From NCBI GenBank assembly GCA_004213405.1, contig SGYR01000001.1:80859-144858 (forward strand): DNA of 64,000 bases, read 5' to 3'. Below are positions 38,188-48,956 of the stretch, piece by piece (positions within the stretch are counted from its first letter, which is position 1; each line of letters opens with the position of its first letter). The stretch comes from Candidatus Actinomarinales bacterium (GTDB lineage Bacteria > Actinomycetota > Acidimicrobiia > Actinomarinales > Actinomarinaceae). The position numbers and the translations under genes are program-made. The notes beneath the pieces are model-generated. The model ran no database searches, was not told the DNA's origin, and was given only the letters and a program-made list of their open reading frames with translations.

Positions 38188-39996
38188 ATGGGAAAAGCCG
38201 TAGGAATTGACTTGGGAACAACAAATAGTGTTGTAGCAGTGCTTGAAGGTGGTGAGCCAACTGTTATTGCTAACGCAGAAGGAAATAGAACAACACCTTC
38301 TATTGTTGCTTTTAAATCAGAAGAAGTTCTAGTTGGTGAGCTTGCAAAAAGGCAAGCAATAACAAATCCGGATAACACAGTTAGATCTATTAAGAGACAT
38401 ATCGGAACTAATTGGAAAGAAAACTTTGAAGGCAAAGACTATACGCCACAAGAAATATCAGCAAGAATATTACAAAAACTTAAAAGAGATGCTGAGTCAT
38501 ATTTAGGAGATGATGTTACAGATGCTGTAATTACAGTTCCAGCATATTTTAATGATGCTGAAAGGCAAGCAACAAAAGAAGCTGGACAAATTGCAGGATT
38601 GAACGTATTAAGAATAATAAATGAACCTACTGCTGCATCTCTTTCATACGGACTAGAAAACAATGAAGATCAAAAAATACTCGTATTTGATTTAGGTGGT
38701 GGTACTTTTGATGTTTCTATATTAGAAATTTCTGAGGGTGTGTTTGAAGTAAAGTCAACATCAGGAGATTCTAAGCTTGGTGGAGATGACTGGGATCAGA
38801 GGGTAATGGATTGGTTAATCGAAAAGTTTAAATCCTCAACTGGTATTGATTTATCAAATGATAAGATGGCAATTCAGAGAGTTCAAGAAGGTTCAGAAAA
38901 AGCTAAAATTGAACTTTCATCTACTAGTGAAACAGAAATTAACTTGCCATTTATTACCGCTAATGATGCTGGACCTCAACATTTGCTTGAAAAATTAAGT
39001 AGGTCTGAGTTTGAAAAGATTACTGCAGATTTAGTTGAAAGAACAAAAGAACCAGTCGAAAATGCATTGTCTGATGCTGGAATGAAATTTTCTGATATCG
39101 ATCATGTTATATTAGTTGGTGGTTCGACTCGAATGCCATCAGTTCAACAACTTGTAAAATCCCTTACAGGCAAAGACCCTCATAAAGGTGTTAATCCTGA
39201 TGAAGTTGTTGCATCTGGAGCTGCTATTCAAGCTGGAGTACTTAAAGGTGATGTAAAAGATGTCCTTTTATTAGATGTTACACCACTTACTTTGGGTGTT
39301 GAAACTAAAGGTGGAATCATGACCAAAATGATTGAAAGAAATACAACAATCCCTACTAAAAGATCCGAAGTATTTAGTACAGCTGAAAACAACCAAACCC
39401 AGGTTGAAATACATATCTTGCAAGGTGAAAGAGAAATGGCTTCTGGAAACAAGTCTCTAGGAAGATTCAATTTAACTGATATACCCGCAGCTATGGCTGG
39501 TACGCCTCAAATAGAGGTAACTTTTGATATCGATGCTAATGGTATTGTAAATGTCAATGCTAAAGATCTAGGAACAGGTAAAGAGCAGGCCATTACCATT
39601 ACTGGTGGTACAGCACTTGAAGAAGATGAAATCGAAAGAATGGTAAAAGATGCTGAACAACACGCTAATGAAGATGCAAAAAAGAAAGAGCTTGTTGAAA
39701 CCAGAAACATGGCTGAAGGCATGGTTACCTCAACTGAAAAAATGTTGGAAGAAAATAAAGATAAGGCAACAGAAGAAGAGGTGACAGCAATCAATGATGC
39801 AAATGATAAATTGAAAAAACTTTTAGAAAATGAAGATTTGTCGATTGATGATTTGAAAAATGGTATTGATGAACTTGCAAAAGCCAGTCAATCATTTGCT
39901 GAGAAATTGTACGCGGAAGCTCAAAATGACACTGCTAACCCATCTTCAGATGAGTCAGATGACGTAGTTGAAGGTGAAGTTATAGAGGATGAATAA
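38188..39996 (+). CDS. dnaK: molecular chaperone DnaK (Hsp70)
   Basis: 602 aa. [23 protein letters not shown], and [11 protein letters not shown]. Confidence 0.97.
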   Translation: MGKAVGIDLGTTNSVVAVLEGGEPTVIANAEGNRTTPSIVAFKSEEVLVGELAKRQAITNPDNTVRSIKRHIGTNWKENFEGKDYTPQEISARILQKLKRDAESYLGDDVTDAVITVPAYFNDAERQATKEAGQIAGLNVLRIINEPTAASLSYGLENNEDQKILVFDLGGGTFDVSILEISEGVFEVKSTSGDSKLGGDDWDQRVMDWLIEKFKSSTGIDLSNDKMAIQRVQEGSEKAKIELSSTSETEINLPFITANDAGPQHLLEKLSRSEFEKITADLVERTKEPVENALSDAGMKFSDIDHVILVGGSTRMPSVQQLVKSLTGKDPHKGVNPDEVVASGAAIQAGVLKGDVKDVLLLDVTPLTLGVETKGGIMTKMIERNTTIPTKRSEVFSTAENNQTQVEIHILQGEREMASGNKSLGRFNLTDIPAAMAGTPQIEVTFDIDANGIVNVNAKDLGTGKEQAITITGGTALEEDEIERMVKDAEQHANEDAKKKELVETRNMAEGMVTSTEKMLEENKDKATEEEVTAINDANDKLKKLLENEDLSIDDLKNGIDELAKASQSFAEKLYAEAQNDTANPSSDESDDVVEGEVIEDE

Positions 39997-40489
39997 AGAG
40001 GAAGAGTCTTTGATTGAGGAAGTAGATAATACTTCTGACGAACCTTCAGAAGATGAAGAAGTAATCGAGGAAACTTCTGTACCTCTTTCGCAATATGAAA
40101 AAATAAAAGATGACTATCTGAGGCTTGCCGCTGAGTTCGACAATTATAAAAAGAGAACTGACAAAGAAAAAGAAAGCATAGGTGCAGCATCTGTTGCTTA
40201 TTTTGTTAACTCTCTGTTTCCACTAATTGATAACTTTGAAATGGCTATGAATCAAGAGGAAGTTTCAAAAGAACTTGAAACTTTCAACAACCTCCTAACT
40301 TCAGTTTTAGAAGGGCTACAGGTTGAAGAAATTGGAACTATTGGAGAAAATTTTGATCCTTCTATACATGAAGCTGTTGAGCATTCGGGAGAGGGTGACA
40401 CTCAAATAGTTGAAACAATCTTAAGAAAAGGTTATCTATTTCAAGGTAATTTAATACGTCCTGCAATGGTAAAAGTTAAAAGTGAGTAG
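39989..40489 (+). CDS. grpE: nucleotide exchange factor GrpE
   Basis: 166 aa. [13 protein letters not shown] motif and C-terminal beta-domain ([16 protein letters not shown]). Overlaps the dnaK end. Confidence 0.9.
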   Translation: MNKEEESLIEEVDNTSDEPSEDEEVIEETSVPLSQYEKIKDDYLRLAAEFDNYKKRTDKEKESIGAASVAYFVNSLFPLIDNFEMAMNQEEVSKELETFNNLLTSVLEGLQVEEIGTIGENFDPSIHEAVEHSGEGDTQIVETILRKGYLFQGNLIRPAMVKVKSE

Positions 40490-41567
40490 GGACTGGTTAG
40501 ACAAGGATTTCTACGCCACACTAGGTGTCTCAAAAGATGCTAGCACTGAAGATATAAAAAAAGCGTATAAGAAATTAGCCAGAGAAAATCACCCAGATTT
40601 AAACCCAGGTGATCCAGAGGCAGAAAAAAAATTCAAAGAGATTTCAGAAGCAAGCTCAATTTTAGGAGATGAAAGAAAAAGACAAGAATATGACCAAGTA
40701 CGTGCAATGGGAGCTTCAGGTTTTGGAGGCTTTGGTGGTCAAGGGTTTAATGTAGATGATTTTGGAGACCTGTTTGGAAATTTAGGTGATATTTTTGGTT
40801 TTGGCGGATCTGGAGGAAGACGAAAAGGCCAAACTTATCAAACAAATATAAACATATCTTTTCATGATGCAGCTAAAGGCGTTGAAACTGTGATTCCTCT
40901 TCGTAAAGAAGTAGCTTGTTCTGCTTGTAAAGGTACAGGTGCCGATAAAGGGGAAGCATTTCACAGATGTAACATATGCAATGGAAGCGGGCAAACTGCC
41001 TCCAATCAAGGTTTCTTTTCTTTTGCTCAAACTTGTTCTGCTTGTAAGGGTCAAGGAAATGTTATTGATAAAGCATGTAAAACCTGTAGGAGTTCTGGTG
41101 CTGTAATTGAAAATGAATCTATAAAAGTAAAAGTTCCAGCTGGAGTAGATAACGGAACAGTTATTAGACTACGCGGCAGAGGCGGTCCAGGAGACGCAGG
41201 CGCACCAGATGGAGACCTCTTGGTTCAGGTTGGTGTTGAACCACACAAATTCTTTAAAAGAAATAACAGTGACCTTATTCTTGAAGTTCCTTTACTTTTT
41301 ACGGAAGCAGCCCTAGGTTCAAGCATCAAAATTCCTACTCTTGAAAAATCAGTAACTTTAAAAATACCTGCTGGTACTCCTAGTGGAAAAACTTTTAAAA
41401 TTAAAAGTGAAGGCATAGCTCCTCAAGGCAGAAGGCCTGGAGATTTATATGTAAAAGTATTTATTTCTCCACCATCAAATTTATCAAGATCTGCAAAAAA
41501 ACATCTTGAGAGTTATCGTGATCAATTTGAATCTGGAGACAGTCCAAGGGATTATTTATATGAGTAG
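40482..41567 (+). CDS. dnaJ: co-chaperone DnaJ
   Basis: 361 aa. J domain (DFYATLGV...KKAYKKLARENHPDLNP), a G/F region, and four CxxCxGxG zinc repeats. GTG start. Confidence 0.95.
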   Translation: MSRDWLDKDFYATLGVSKDASTEDIKKAYKKLARENHPDLNPGDPEAEKKFKEISEASSILGDERKRQEYDQVRAMGASGFGGFGGQGFNVDDFGDLFGNLGDIFGFGGSGGRRKGQTYQTNINISFHDAAKGVETVIPLRKEVACSACKGTGADKGEAFHRCNICNGSGQTASNQGFFSFAQTCSACKGQGNVIDKACKTCRSSGAVIENESIKVKVPAGVDNGTVIRLRGRGGPGDAGAPDGDLLVQVGVEPHKFFKRNNSDLILEVPLLFTEAALGSSIKIPTLEKSVTLKIPAGTPSGKTFKIKSEGIAPQGRRPGDLYVKVFISPPSNLSRSAKKHLESYRDQFESGDSPRDYLYE

Positions 41568-41949
41568 CGATGACTCCAACGCTATTTATTTTATTTCAGT
41601 AGCCTCTACCCTTTCAGGTATCCATCAACAAACAATAAGAACCTATGAGCAAAAAGGTTTAATTAAGCCATTCAGAACTGGTGGAGGAACAAGAAGATAC
41701 TCTCAGGAAGACATAGATAAATTAATCCAGATTCAAAATTTATCCCAGAGAGGAATCAACTTAGATGGAATAAAAATTATTTATGAAATGAAAGATAAAA
41801 TTGAAGAATTACAGAACAAACTAATTTACTTAGAAAATGAAATTTCAAATCAAAAAATAGATTCCAAAAACAAAGAAAAAGAAATCCACCAAAGCTATAA
41901 GAATGAAATTGTTAAAAAAACAAATAACTCCTTAAAGAAAAACATATAG
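41560..41949 (+). CDS. hspR: heat-shock transcriptional repressor HspR (MerR family)
   Basis: I start it at ATG 41560 (MSSDDSNAIYFISVASTLSGIHQQTIRTYEQKGLIKPFRTGGGTRRYSQEDI), which overlaps the dnaJ stop. The dnaK-grpE-dnaJ-hspR order is typical of Actinobacteria. Confidence 0.85.
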   Translation: MSSDDSNAIYFISVASTLSGIHQQTIRTYEQKGLIKPFRTGGGTRRYSQEDIDKLIQIQNLSQRGINLDGIKIIYEMKDKIEELQNKLIYLENEISNQKIDSKNKEKEIHQSYKNEIVKKTNNSLKKNI

Positions 41950-41959
41950 ACTAAAGAAA

Positions 41960-42175
41960 ATGGATACTGGAAATATAATAGCTTTTTTAAAAAAATTTAG
42001 CTTTGGAAGACTAATTGGTTCTGGAATTGTTCTCAGAGTTTTAATTGCTATTGTTGATGGTATCTTTGATCTTGAAATTAATGAACTTCCTAATTTTAAC
42101 TTATATATATTTGGCATTGCATTAGCTTACACCATTCTTTGGATGTTTAATAAAAGCTACTCTGAGGAAGAATAG
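41960..42175 (+). CDS. hypothetical small membrane protein
   Basis: 71 aa with two hydrophobic helices. I recognise no family; coding status rests only on ORF length and tight spacing. Confidence 0.3.
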   Translation: MDTGNIIAFLKKFSFGRLIGSGIVLRVLIAIVDGIFDLEINELPNFNLYIFGIALAYTILWMFNKSYSEEE

Positions 42176-42293
42176 CATTAAATCTATACAGCCATCATCT
42201 ACAAGAATTACAAATCTTGATTTCATAAGAGGCTTTGCTGTTCTTGGAATACTTGTAATAAATGTAATATCATTTGGTTTACCTATTACAGCT

Positions 42294-43334
42294 ATGATCA
42301 ATCACTCCGCTTATGGGGCAGAAAACTTACTAGATTGGGTAGTTATCGTTATTTCTTCGGTATTTTTCGAATATAAAATGATGGGGTTATTTTCAATGCT
42401 TTTTGGTGTTGGGCTCATGATTTTTCTTGATAATGCTAAGCAAAAAGTTAAAAGACCTAAATTACTATCTTTTTGGAGAAACTTTTTATTACTTTTATTT
42501 GGCATTGCTCATATGTCAATTTGGGAAGGAGATACTCTCATAATTTATGCTTTGTGCGCTTTTTGCATAGTTTTATTTCCTCAAATTCAAAATAATAAAA
42601 TAACAATATTTTTTATCACTTTTTTAGTTTCTATAGAACTTTTGCTCATAAATTATGTTGGTTCTTTATATGATAATTCTGGAAATTTAATTTTAGATTC
42701 AGCCTGGGTAGTTGCTGCAAGTGAGGGTGGTTCTTTAAATTTAGGAAAGTTTTGGTTTCCTGGGGAATCTGAGTTTGGAAATATGTTTTTACTTTTGTTT
42801 GCTCTAGACGGCTTCTTAAGAGCAATAACTTTAATGGTTGTTGGAATTTTACTGTACAAACTAAATATAATTCAAGGAACTAAGGGGCTCAATTTTTATA
42901 AAAATCTGATGTTTTACGGATTTGCCATAGGTTTGCCTTTTTCAATTTATAGTATTTACTTACCTATTTCGTCTGAATATAGCGCTGCAATTGCAATTAC
43001 TAGTCGGTTCTGGCAATCTCTCTCAGTAATTCCAATGGTGCTTGGCTATGTTGGATTGTTAACAATCATGAATATAAAACTTAGAGAAAGTATTGTAACT
43101 AGATTACGTGCATGTGGGAGAATGACATTTACAAACTATATAACTCAAACATTATTTGGAGTGTTTGTGCTTGGTGGTTTGTTTGGAATCGGAACATTTA
43201 CAAGGTCTCAATTATTTCTTTATGTAGTCATTATTTGGGTGTTGCAAATATTATGGTCAAAACCTATTTTAGATAAGTGGAGATATGGTCCACTTGAATG
43301 GTTATGGAGAAAACTTACTTATCTTTTTGTTTAG
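42294..43334 (+). CDS. YeiB-like DUF418 membrane protein (minimal coordinates; true start lies upstream of 42294)
   Basis: 346 aa from the first ATG. The same frame upstream encodes ...TRITNLDFIRGFAVLGILVINVISFGLPITA, which corresponds to the conserved YeiB N-terminus (LDFVRG.AILGIL..N). That frame is open from 42126 but contains no ATG/GTG/TTG. Confidence 0.75.
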   Translation: MINHSAYGAENLLDWVVIVISSVFFEYKMMGLFSMLFGVGLMIFLDNAKQKVKRPKLLSFWRNFLLLLFGIAHMSIWEGDTLIIYALCAFCIVLFPQIQNNKITIFFITFLVSIELLLINYVGSLYDNSGNLILDSAWVVAASEGGSLNLGKFWFPGESEFGNMFLLLFALDGFLRAITLMVVGILLYKLNIIQGTKGLNFYKNLMFYGFAIGLPFSIYSIYLPISSEYSAAIAITSRFWQSLSVIPMVLGYVGLLTIMNIKLRESIVTRLRACGRMTFTNYITQTLFGVFVLGGLFGIGTFTRSQLFLYVVIIWVLQILWSKPILDKWRYGPLEWLWRKLTYLFV

Positions 43335-45022
43335 CTTTTATGCTGAGCAATAAATGTATCAATCTTATTTTCTAAAATAGGAAGCGTAATTCCTCCGTCA
43401 CATAAGACTTCATCATGAAAATATCTAATATCAAACTTATCGCCAAGTTCAATTTCAGCTTTTCTGCGTAGTTCTTCAATCTTTAACTGACCCATTTTAT
43501 ACGAACATGCTTGTCCTGGCCAAGCAATATATCTATCAGTCTCAATTTCTGAATTTATTTCTTCAATTGGAGAGTTTGCTCTAAAAAATTCAATTGCTTT
43601 ATCTCTTGACCAACCCATTCCATGCATACCTGTGTCAAGCACAAGGCGACAAGCTCTCCATGCATCGTTTCCAAGCCTACCTAGTTGTTGAACATCATTA
43701 GAGTAAAGTCCCATTTCATTTGCTAGTTGCTCAGAGTAAAGACCCCAGCCCTCTACAAAGGCAGTAGAGGCAACGTATTTTTGGAAGTCTGGTACATCTT
43801 GAAGCTCAACTGCAATAGTTCTATCTAAGTGATGGCCTGGTATTGCCTCATGGAAAGCAACAGATTCTGCTTCAAAAATGCTTTTTGTTTCAGCTTTGTA
43901 AGTATTTAAGAAGTATGTCCCATCTCTAGACCCATCAGGTAATGGCGGGTAGTAGTAGGCAGGAGGAGCGTGTTGTTCAGATTCTGCTGGAACTGGTAAT
44001 ACTTTACATGGAGATTTTGGAAAAACAGTAAACCATTGATCTAGTGGTTTATAAGCTCTTTCAATAGTATCAACAGCTAATTGAAGCATCTGCTCTTTGC
44101 TTTCATATCTCATGGAGGGCTCAGTTTGCATTTTTTGTAAGACTTCTTCCGGAGTGCTGACTCCAGGAAATACGTTTTCCCCAATTTCAAAGAATTCTTT
44201 TTTAAGCCTTTCTATTTCAGAAAGTCCAACTTCATGAACTTCTTTTACTGTTATGTTCTTATGCCCTGTGTATTTCCTGAGCGCTCTAAGGTAAGTTTCT
44301 TCACCCCCATCAATCCACATTATTCCAGAATGTTCATCTGGACGTCCTTTGGGGATGTGGTCTGATTTTAATTGCTCCAAATAAGCCAGTACAGTTGGCC
44401 TAATATTTAAATCAATAATTTTTTTAGCTTTTTCTTTCCAGTCAGATATAAAAGACTCTGAAATCTCTGGTGAGAAATTTACTAGCAATAAAGGATCCTC
44501 TTCTAAAGATGAACCCAAATAATTCTCCAACTGATCAATTGTTCTTAGTAGATTTCGTTCTGTAGCTACTCTATTATTTTTGAGACCAATCTTCTGTACT
44601 TCAGCTATCTGTGTATATAGTCTTTTGTAAAGTTCTAGCCTTTTTAAAAGCATATCTGCAGATTCTGAATCTGGAACAAACATTTGTTGGTTATAGTCGA
44701 TAAGGAATCCTGTAAAGCCTGAAACACCTGCTCCAAACTCCCAGCTCCTATCCATCAGAGAGTCTTTATTTGAACTTAATGCAAATTCCAACATTCCGTG
44801 AGTTACTTTTTCTCTATTTGATAATGACTCTGTGTCTATGCTCTCAAGTCTCGAAATAAAATCATTTACTGCTTTAGTTTCTTTTTCAAAGGTTTCCTCA
44901 TTCAACTCTTCTATTTGATCAAAATACTGTTTATGGCCTCTCATAATTGCTGATGTTGGCGAAGAATCTAGAGAGTTTTGAAAAAAGTCGCTAGAGAGCT
45001 GTTGTAAGTCACTATTTGTCAT
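43331..45022 (-). CDS. DUF885-family (putative metallopeptidase-like) protein
   Basis: 563 aa with the HEAIPGHH motif and overall DUF885 pattern (YYYPP..DGSRDGTYFLN). Confidence 0.75.
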   Translation of the reverse strand: MTNSDLQQLSSDFFQNSLDSSPTSAIMRGHKQYFDQIEELNEETFEKETKAVNDFISRLESIDTESLSNREKVTHGMLEFALSSNKDSLMDRSWEFGAGVSGFTGFLIDYNQQMFVPDSESADMLLKRLELYKRLYTQIAEVQKIGLKNNRVATERNLLRTIDQLENYLGSSLEEDPLLLVNFSPEISESFISDWKEKAKKIIDLNIRPTVLAYLEQLKSDHIPKGRPDEHSGIMWIDGGEETYLRALRKYTGHKNITVKEVHEVGLSEIERLKKEFFEIGENVFPGVSTPEEVLQKMQTEPSMRYESKEQMLQLAVDTIERAYKPLDQWFTVFPKSPCKVLPVPAESEQHAPPAYYYPPLPDGSRDGTYFLNTYKAETKSIFEAESVAFHEAIPGHHLDRTIAVELQDVPDFQKYVASTAFVEGWGLYSEQLANEMGLYSNDVQQLGRLGNDAWRACRLVLDTGMHGMGWSRDKAIEFFRANSPIEEINSEIETDRYIAWPGQACSYKMGQLKIEELRRKAEIELGDKFDIRYFHDEVLCDGGITLPILENKIDTFIAQHKS

Positions 45023-45761
45023 TGATTTCCTTTTGTAGATTTTTAATTTCTTCTTCTAGTTTATCTAACTTCTCACCTAGTTCATTTATCGTAACCTCTT
45101 TGTCACTAAAGCTAGAAATAAAATAAGAAGAAACAGCAGCTGTAATCGTTGCAATAAAACCAATACCCATAATCATCAAAGAGCTGGCGATTATGCGACC
45201 AAGATTTGTAAGAGGGGTGATATCGCCATAACCTACTGTGGTAATTGTCACAAGTGCCCACCATAGACCATCGCTGTATGATGTGACGCCAGGTTCAGAA
45301 ATGTAAAAAAGGAAGCCAAAGAACAACACTATGCCAATAGTTGCATACACAATAAATCTGAGTCCCTTTGAATTAAAAATAGACTTTACGGTTGTCCCAA
45401 ATCTTCCAAGCAAAGCAGCAAGCCTGAAAAATCTTAATGCGTTCAATAATCTTGGGAGCCTCGCAAACCTCAAAAATCCAGAAGATTGTAAACCCTCTGG
45501 AACAATTGGAAATGAGAATATAACAATTACTAATTCAATCTTATGACTTTTAACAAACTTTAATTTGTCATCTGCAAAGTAAAATAAAATCACATATTCG
45601 AGTAAAAAAACTATCCAAATTCCCCAATTTAAATATAAAGCTACAGAGCTAAGTGTTTGTTGTGTGTATTCGATAATTAATACCGGTATGAGCATAAGGA
45701 CAGAAATCATTACTGGTATTTCAAAAAACTTTTCAGCTCTCAAATAATTCTGATTGTTCAT
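45012..45761 (-). CDS. voltage-gated-type potassium channel
   Basis: 249 aa. S4-like RFARLPRLLNALRFFRLAALLGRF with Arg at every third position. TTVGYGD selectivity filter. C-terminal coiled coil. Confidence 0.85.
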   Translation of the reverse strand: MNNQNYLRAEKFFEIPVMISVLMLIPVLIIEYTQQTLSSVALYLNWGIWIVFLLEYVILFYFADDKLKFVKSHKIELVIVIFSFPIVPEGLQSSGFLRFARLPRLLNALRFFRLAALLGRFGTTVKSIFNSKGLRFIVYATIGIVLFFGFLFYISEPGVTSYSDGLWWALVTITTVGYGDITPLTNLGRIIASSLMIMGIGFIATITAAVSSYFISSFSDKEVTINELGEKLDKLEEEIKNLQKEINDK

Positions 45762-45811
45762 ATAGGTATTATAAAACTAGCTATGAAAGATTAGTACAAG
45801 TAATCTAAAAT

Positions 45812-47086
45812 ATGAATATGAACAGGGTCTTTTTCATAATTTTAATTTTTGCATTTTTACTTATTCCTTTAAGCATCAATAACGTAAACGATGAAGGAAT
45901 AAGTTATTTTGATTTAGTAGTTGAAATTAGTGAAAACTTACTTGAAGACAAAAAAATTGAAGAGAAAGAAATCATTTCTCTCACAAAAGAACAAAAGCAA
46001 TTAATAAGCGAAAAATTACAGGTTTTAACAAACAGCAACAATAACTTATTTAATAATTTTGAAGAAATTCAAAATGAAAATTTGAAAGAAATTAATGAAT
46101 ATATCGCTATAAACAGGTGGCAGGAATTCAGCGCTACTAATAGCGGTGTTAAAGGAATATATCTAAGTGGTTATCATTTTTTAAAAGAAGAAAAAATAGA
46201 CCCAATTAAAGATATTTTGTCAAACACTGTTGTAAACACAATAGTTCTTGATGTTAAAACAGATAATGGTCATTTACTCTATGACAGTGAAATCTTAGAG
46301 GTTGAAGAATTAAAGAATGAAAGAATTAAATACGATAACCAAACTTTAAAGTCCTTTAAAGAAGAATTTAATATTTACTTAATTGGTCGAGTTGTTGCTT
46401 TTCAAGATCCTATCTTTTCAAGAACATATCCTGAATCAGCGATCACTGACATTTCAACAAGTAAGCCTTACTCCCAAGATGGTCAGTACTTTCTTGATCC
46501 AAGTGATAGTACAAGCAGAGAGTATATTCTAAATGTTGCTCTTGAAGCATGTTTGTTAGGTTTTGATGAGATTCAATTTGATTATATAAGATACCCTGAT
46601 ACAAGTTATCATGGCTTAGTTTTTGATGAGGAAAGTAATTTTGAAAACAGGACAAAAAATATTAATTCATTTCTTCAAAATGCTACGAACCTGTTGCATG
46701 ATAATGGATGTCTAGCTTCTGCAGACATATTTGGATATGTCCTAAATGCAAAAAATGATAACGGTATAGGACAGTACTTAGAAACAATTGTTAATACTGT
46801 AGATTTTATTTCTCCTATGGTCTATCCATCTCATTACTCTAAAGGATCATTTGGATACAGTTATCCCAATAATTTCCCTTACGAAGTTGTGACAGCAGCA
46901 TTAAATGATGGACTCTCTAGGGGGATTCAGGAAAAAAGCTTGCGACCTTTTCTTCAAGGGTTTTGGCATTCTTCAGAAGATGTAAGGTTGAATATTAAAG
47001 CAGCAGAAGATAAGGGCCTAGATTGGATAATTTGGAACAATTCCAGTGTGTATGATGAAGATTACTTTAGTAGAATCAATTCATGA
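45812..47086 (+). CDS. putative glycoside hydrolase (DUF4015-like TIM barrel), secreted or anchored
   Basis: 424 aa. N-terminal signal/anchor. GVKGIYLSGY...NTIVLDVKTDNGHLLY and EIQFDYIRYPD resemble the DUF4015 family by recollection. Confidence 0.5.
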   Translation: MNMNRVFFIILIFAFLLIPLSINNVNDEGISYFDLVVEISENLLEDKKIEEKEIISLTKEQKQLISEKLQVLTNSNNNLFNNFEEIQNENLKEINEYIAINRWQEFSATNSGVKGIYLSGYHFLKEEKIDPIKDILSNTVVNTIVLDVKTDNGHLLYDSEILEVEELKNERIKYDNQTLKSFKEEFNIYLIGRVVAFQDPIFSRTYPESAITDISTSKPYSQDGQYFLDPSDSTSREYILNVALEACLLGFDEIQFDYIRYPDTSYHGLVFDEESNFENRTKNINSFLQNATNLLHDNGCLASADIFGYVLNAKNDNGIGQYLETIVNTVDFISPMVYPSHYSKGSFGYSYPNNFPYEVVTAALNDGLSRGIQEKSLRPFLQGFWHSSEDVRLNIKAAEDKGLDWIIWNNSSVYDEDYFSRINS

Positions 47087-48225
47087 GCTATAAAAATGAA
47101 TTTAAAAATTGCTTGGATGGTTTATTTGAAAGCTTATGTGACGTCAGTGATTGGATGTATGAAAACCCAGAATTAGGATTTCAAGAATTCAAAACATCAA
47201 AATATTTAGTTGACTATATTCAAAAAAATTCAAAATCTGTAAATTATCCCTCTCATGGTCTTGAAACAGCTTTTGATATTACATTTGGTGAAGAGGGCCC
47301 TCTTACAGTTATATGTGTTGAATATGATGCCTTGCCTGAAATTGGCCATGCATGTGGACATAACATTATTGCAACAGCGTCTATAGGTGCAGGATTGGCT
47401 TTAAAGGACATAGCTTCAAAATTAGCGATTAGAGTAAAGCTCCTAGGAACTCCTGCTGAAGAAGGTGGGGGTGGAAAAATTATTCTTATTAACGAAGGAG
47501 CATTTGAGGACGCTTCATGCTCAATGATGATTCATCCTGGGTATGAAGATGTGGTGAATCCTACATTTACGACTATTGAGCAATACACAGTTGAGTATTT
47601 TGGTAAAGACGCACATGCTGCTGGTGCGCCTGATCAAGGAATCAATGCCCTAGATGCACAAATACAACTGTTCGTTAATGCATCAACCTATCGACAGCAA
47701 ATGGTGCAAAGCAACAGAATGCACGGCGTAATAAGAGATGGGGGTTTTAAACCAAATATAATTCCATCATATACAAAATCAGAATGGTATTTAAGATCGC
47801 TAAATGAAGAAGGATTAGACCAGTTGGAGCAAGACTTTTATAACTTTGCTAATGCTGCTGCATTATCAACAAAGTGTGAAGTAAAAATTACATCACCTGA
47901 TTACAGATATGAAGAAATTAATAACAATGAAACAATGTATAAGCTCTTCATGGAAAATGCACAAGATGTAGGTAGAGAAATGATATTGCAAAAAGATGCC
48001 ACTAGACCAGGTTTGGGTTCTACTGATATGGGAAATGTATCCCAAATCTTTCCATCAATACACCCAATGCTTGGAATTGGAGAAAAAGAAGCTGTTAATC
48101 ACCAACCCGAATATGCTGCAGCTACATTAACTGAAGGTGGTCATAAAGCCATATATGATGGTGCATATGCAATGGGTGCTTCCATCATTGATTTAGCTGA
48201 AAAAAATCTTTGGGATCAGCTTTAA
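47083..48225 (+). CDS. M20-family amidohydrolase/peptidase (AbgB-like)
   Basis: 380 aa. [10 protein letters not shown] metal-binding block, [11 protein letters not shown], and a dimerisation-domain pattern. Confidence 0.8.
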   Translation: MSYKNEFKNCLDGLFESLCDVSDWMYENPELGFQEFKTSKYLVDYIQKNSKSVNYPSHGLETAFDITFGEEGPLTVICVEYDALPEIGHACGHNIIATASIGAGLALKDIASKLAIRVKLLGTPAEEGGGGKIILINEGAFEDASCSMMIHPGYEDVVNPTFTTIEQYTVEYFGKDAHAAGAPDQGINALDAQIQLFVNASTYRQQMVQSNRMHGVIRDGGFKPNIIPSYTKSEWYLRSLNEEGLDQLEQDFYNFANAAALSTKCEVKITSPDYRYEEINNNETMYKLFMENAQDVGREMILQKDATRPGLGSTDMGNVSQIFPSIHPMLGIGEKEAVNHQPEYAAATLTEGGHKAIYDGAYAMGASIIDLAEKNLWDQL

Positions 48226-48950
48226 AGTATTTGGCTTAGGAATAATTTAGTTCTATCACTCTTTGGATTATTAAAGAATTCTTCTGGAGTGTTTTCTTCA
48301 ACTAACATGCCTTCGTCAAATAACATAACTCTATCTGCAACTTCTTTAGCAAAGCCCATTTCATGAGTTACAACAATCATGGTCATTCCAGACTTGGCTA
48401 ACTCTTTCATTACATCTAACACTTCTTTAATCATTTCAGGGTCTAACGCTGATGTAGGCTCATCAAAAAGCATAATTTTTGGTTCCATTGCTAGAGCTCT
48501 TGCAATTGCAACTCTTTGTTGCTGACCACCAGATAGTTGTCCTGGAAATTTTTGTGCTTGCTCAGGAATTCCAACTCGCTCTAATAATTCCATTGCTTTT
48601 TCTTCAGATTCAGCTCTATTCTTTTTTCTAACCCATATCTGCGCAAGGGTAATGTTTTGCATAACAGTTAAGTGTGGGAAAAGATTAAAGCTTTGGAAAA
48701 CCATTCCAACTTCAGATCTAATTGCTTCGATATTCTTTAAATCATTTGTAAGTTCAATGCCATCAACAATTATCTGTCCTTCTTGATGTTGCTCAAGTCT
48801 GTTAATACATCTAATAAATGTAGATTTACCTGAACCTGAAGGTCCACAGACAACAAGAACTTCTCCTTCTGCTACATCCATACTGATGCCTTTTAGTGCT
48901 TGGAAATCTCCAAACCATTTTTTAACATCTTTAGTTTGAATTATGCTCAT
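48222..48950 (-). CDS. amino-acid ABC transporter ATP-binding protein
   Basis: 242 aa. Walker [10 protein letters not shown], signature [15 protein letters not shown], Walker [12 protein letters not shown]. GlnQ/AapP-like. Confidence 0.9.
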   Translation of the reverse strand: MSIIQTKDVKKWFGDFQALKGISMDVAEGEVLVVCGPSGSGKSTFIRCINRLEQHQEGQIIVDGIELTNDLKNIEAIRSEVGMVFQSFNLFPHLTVMQNITLAQIWVRKKNRAESEEKAMELLERVGIPEQAQKFPGQLSGGQQQRVAIARALAMEPKIMLFDEPTSALDPEMIKEVLDVMKELAKSGMTMIVVTHEMGFAKEVADRVMLFDEGMLVEENTPEEFFNNPKSDRTKLFLSQIL

Positions 48951-48956
48951 AAACGA

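Noticed and set aside
38106-40190. Minus-strand ORFs within dnaK/grpE (38106..38435, 38439..38663, 39228..39470, 39507..39794, 39921..40190)
   Set aside because: They are antisense to highly conserved chaperone genes, and their Ser/Leu-rich composition is typical of reverse-frame translation.
41960-42293. Possibility that the 71-aa ORF and the YeiB-like gene are one gene split by a frameshift or recoded stop
   Set aside because: The two are in different frames, the 71-aa product shows no YeiB similarity, and the YeiB-like frame is closed by TAG at 42123.
45780-45800. Short inverted repeat AGATTA-GTACAAG-TAATCT between the K+ channel gene and the DUF4015-like gene
   Set aside because: The arms are only 6 bp in AT-rich DNA, so it is expected by chance. 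It has no similarity to the other palindromes in the window.
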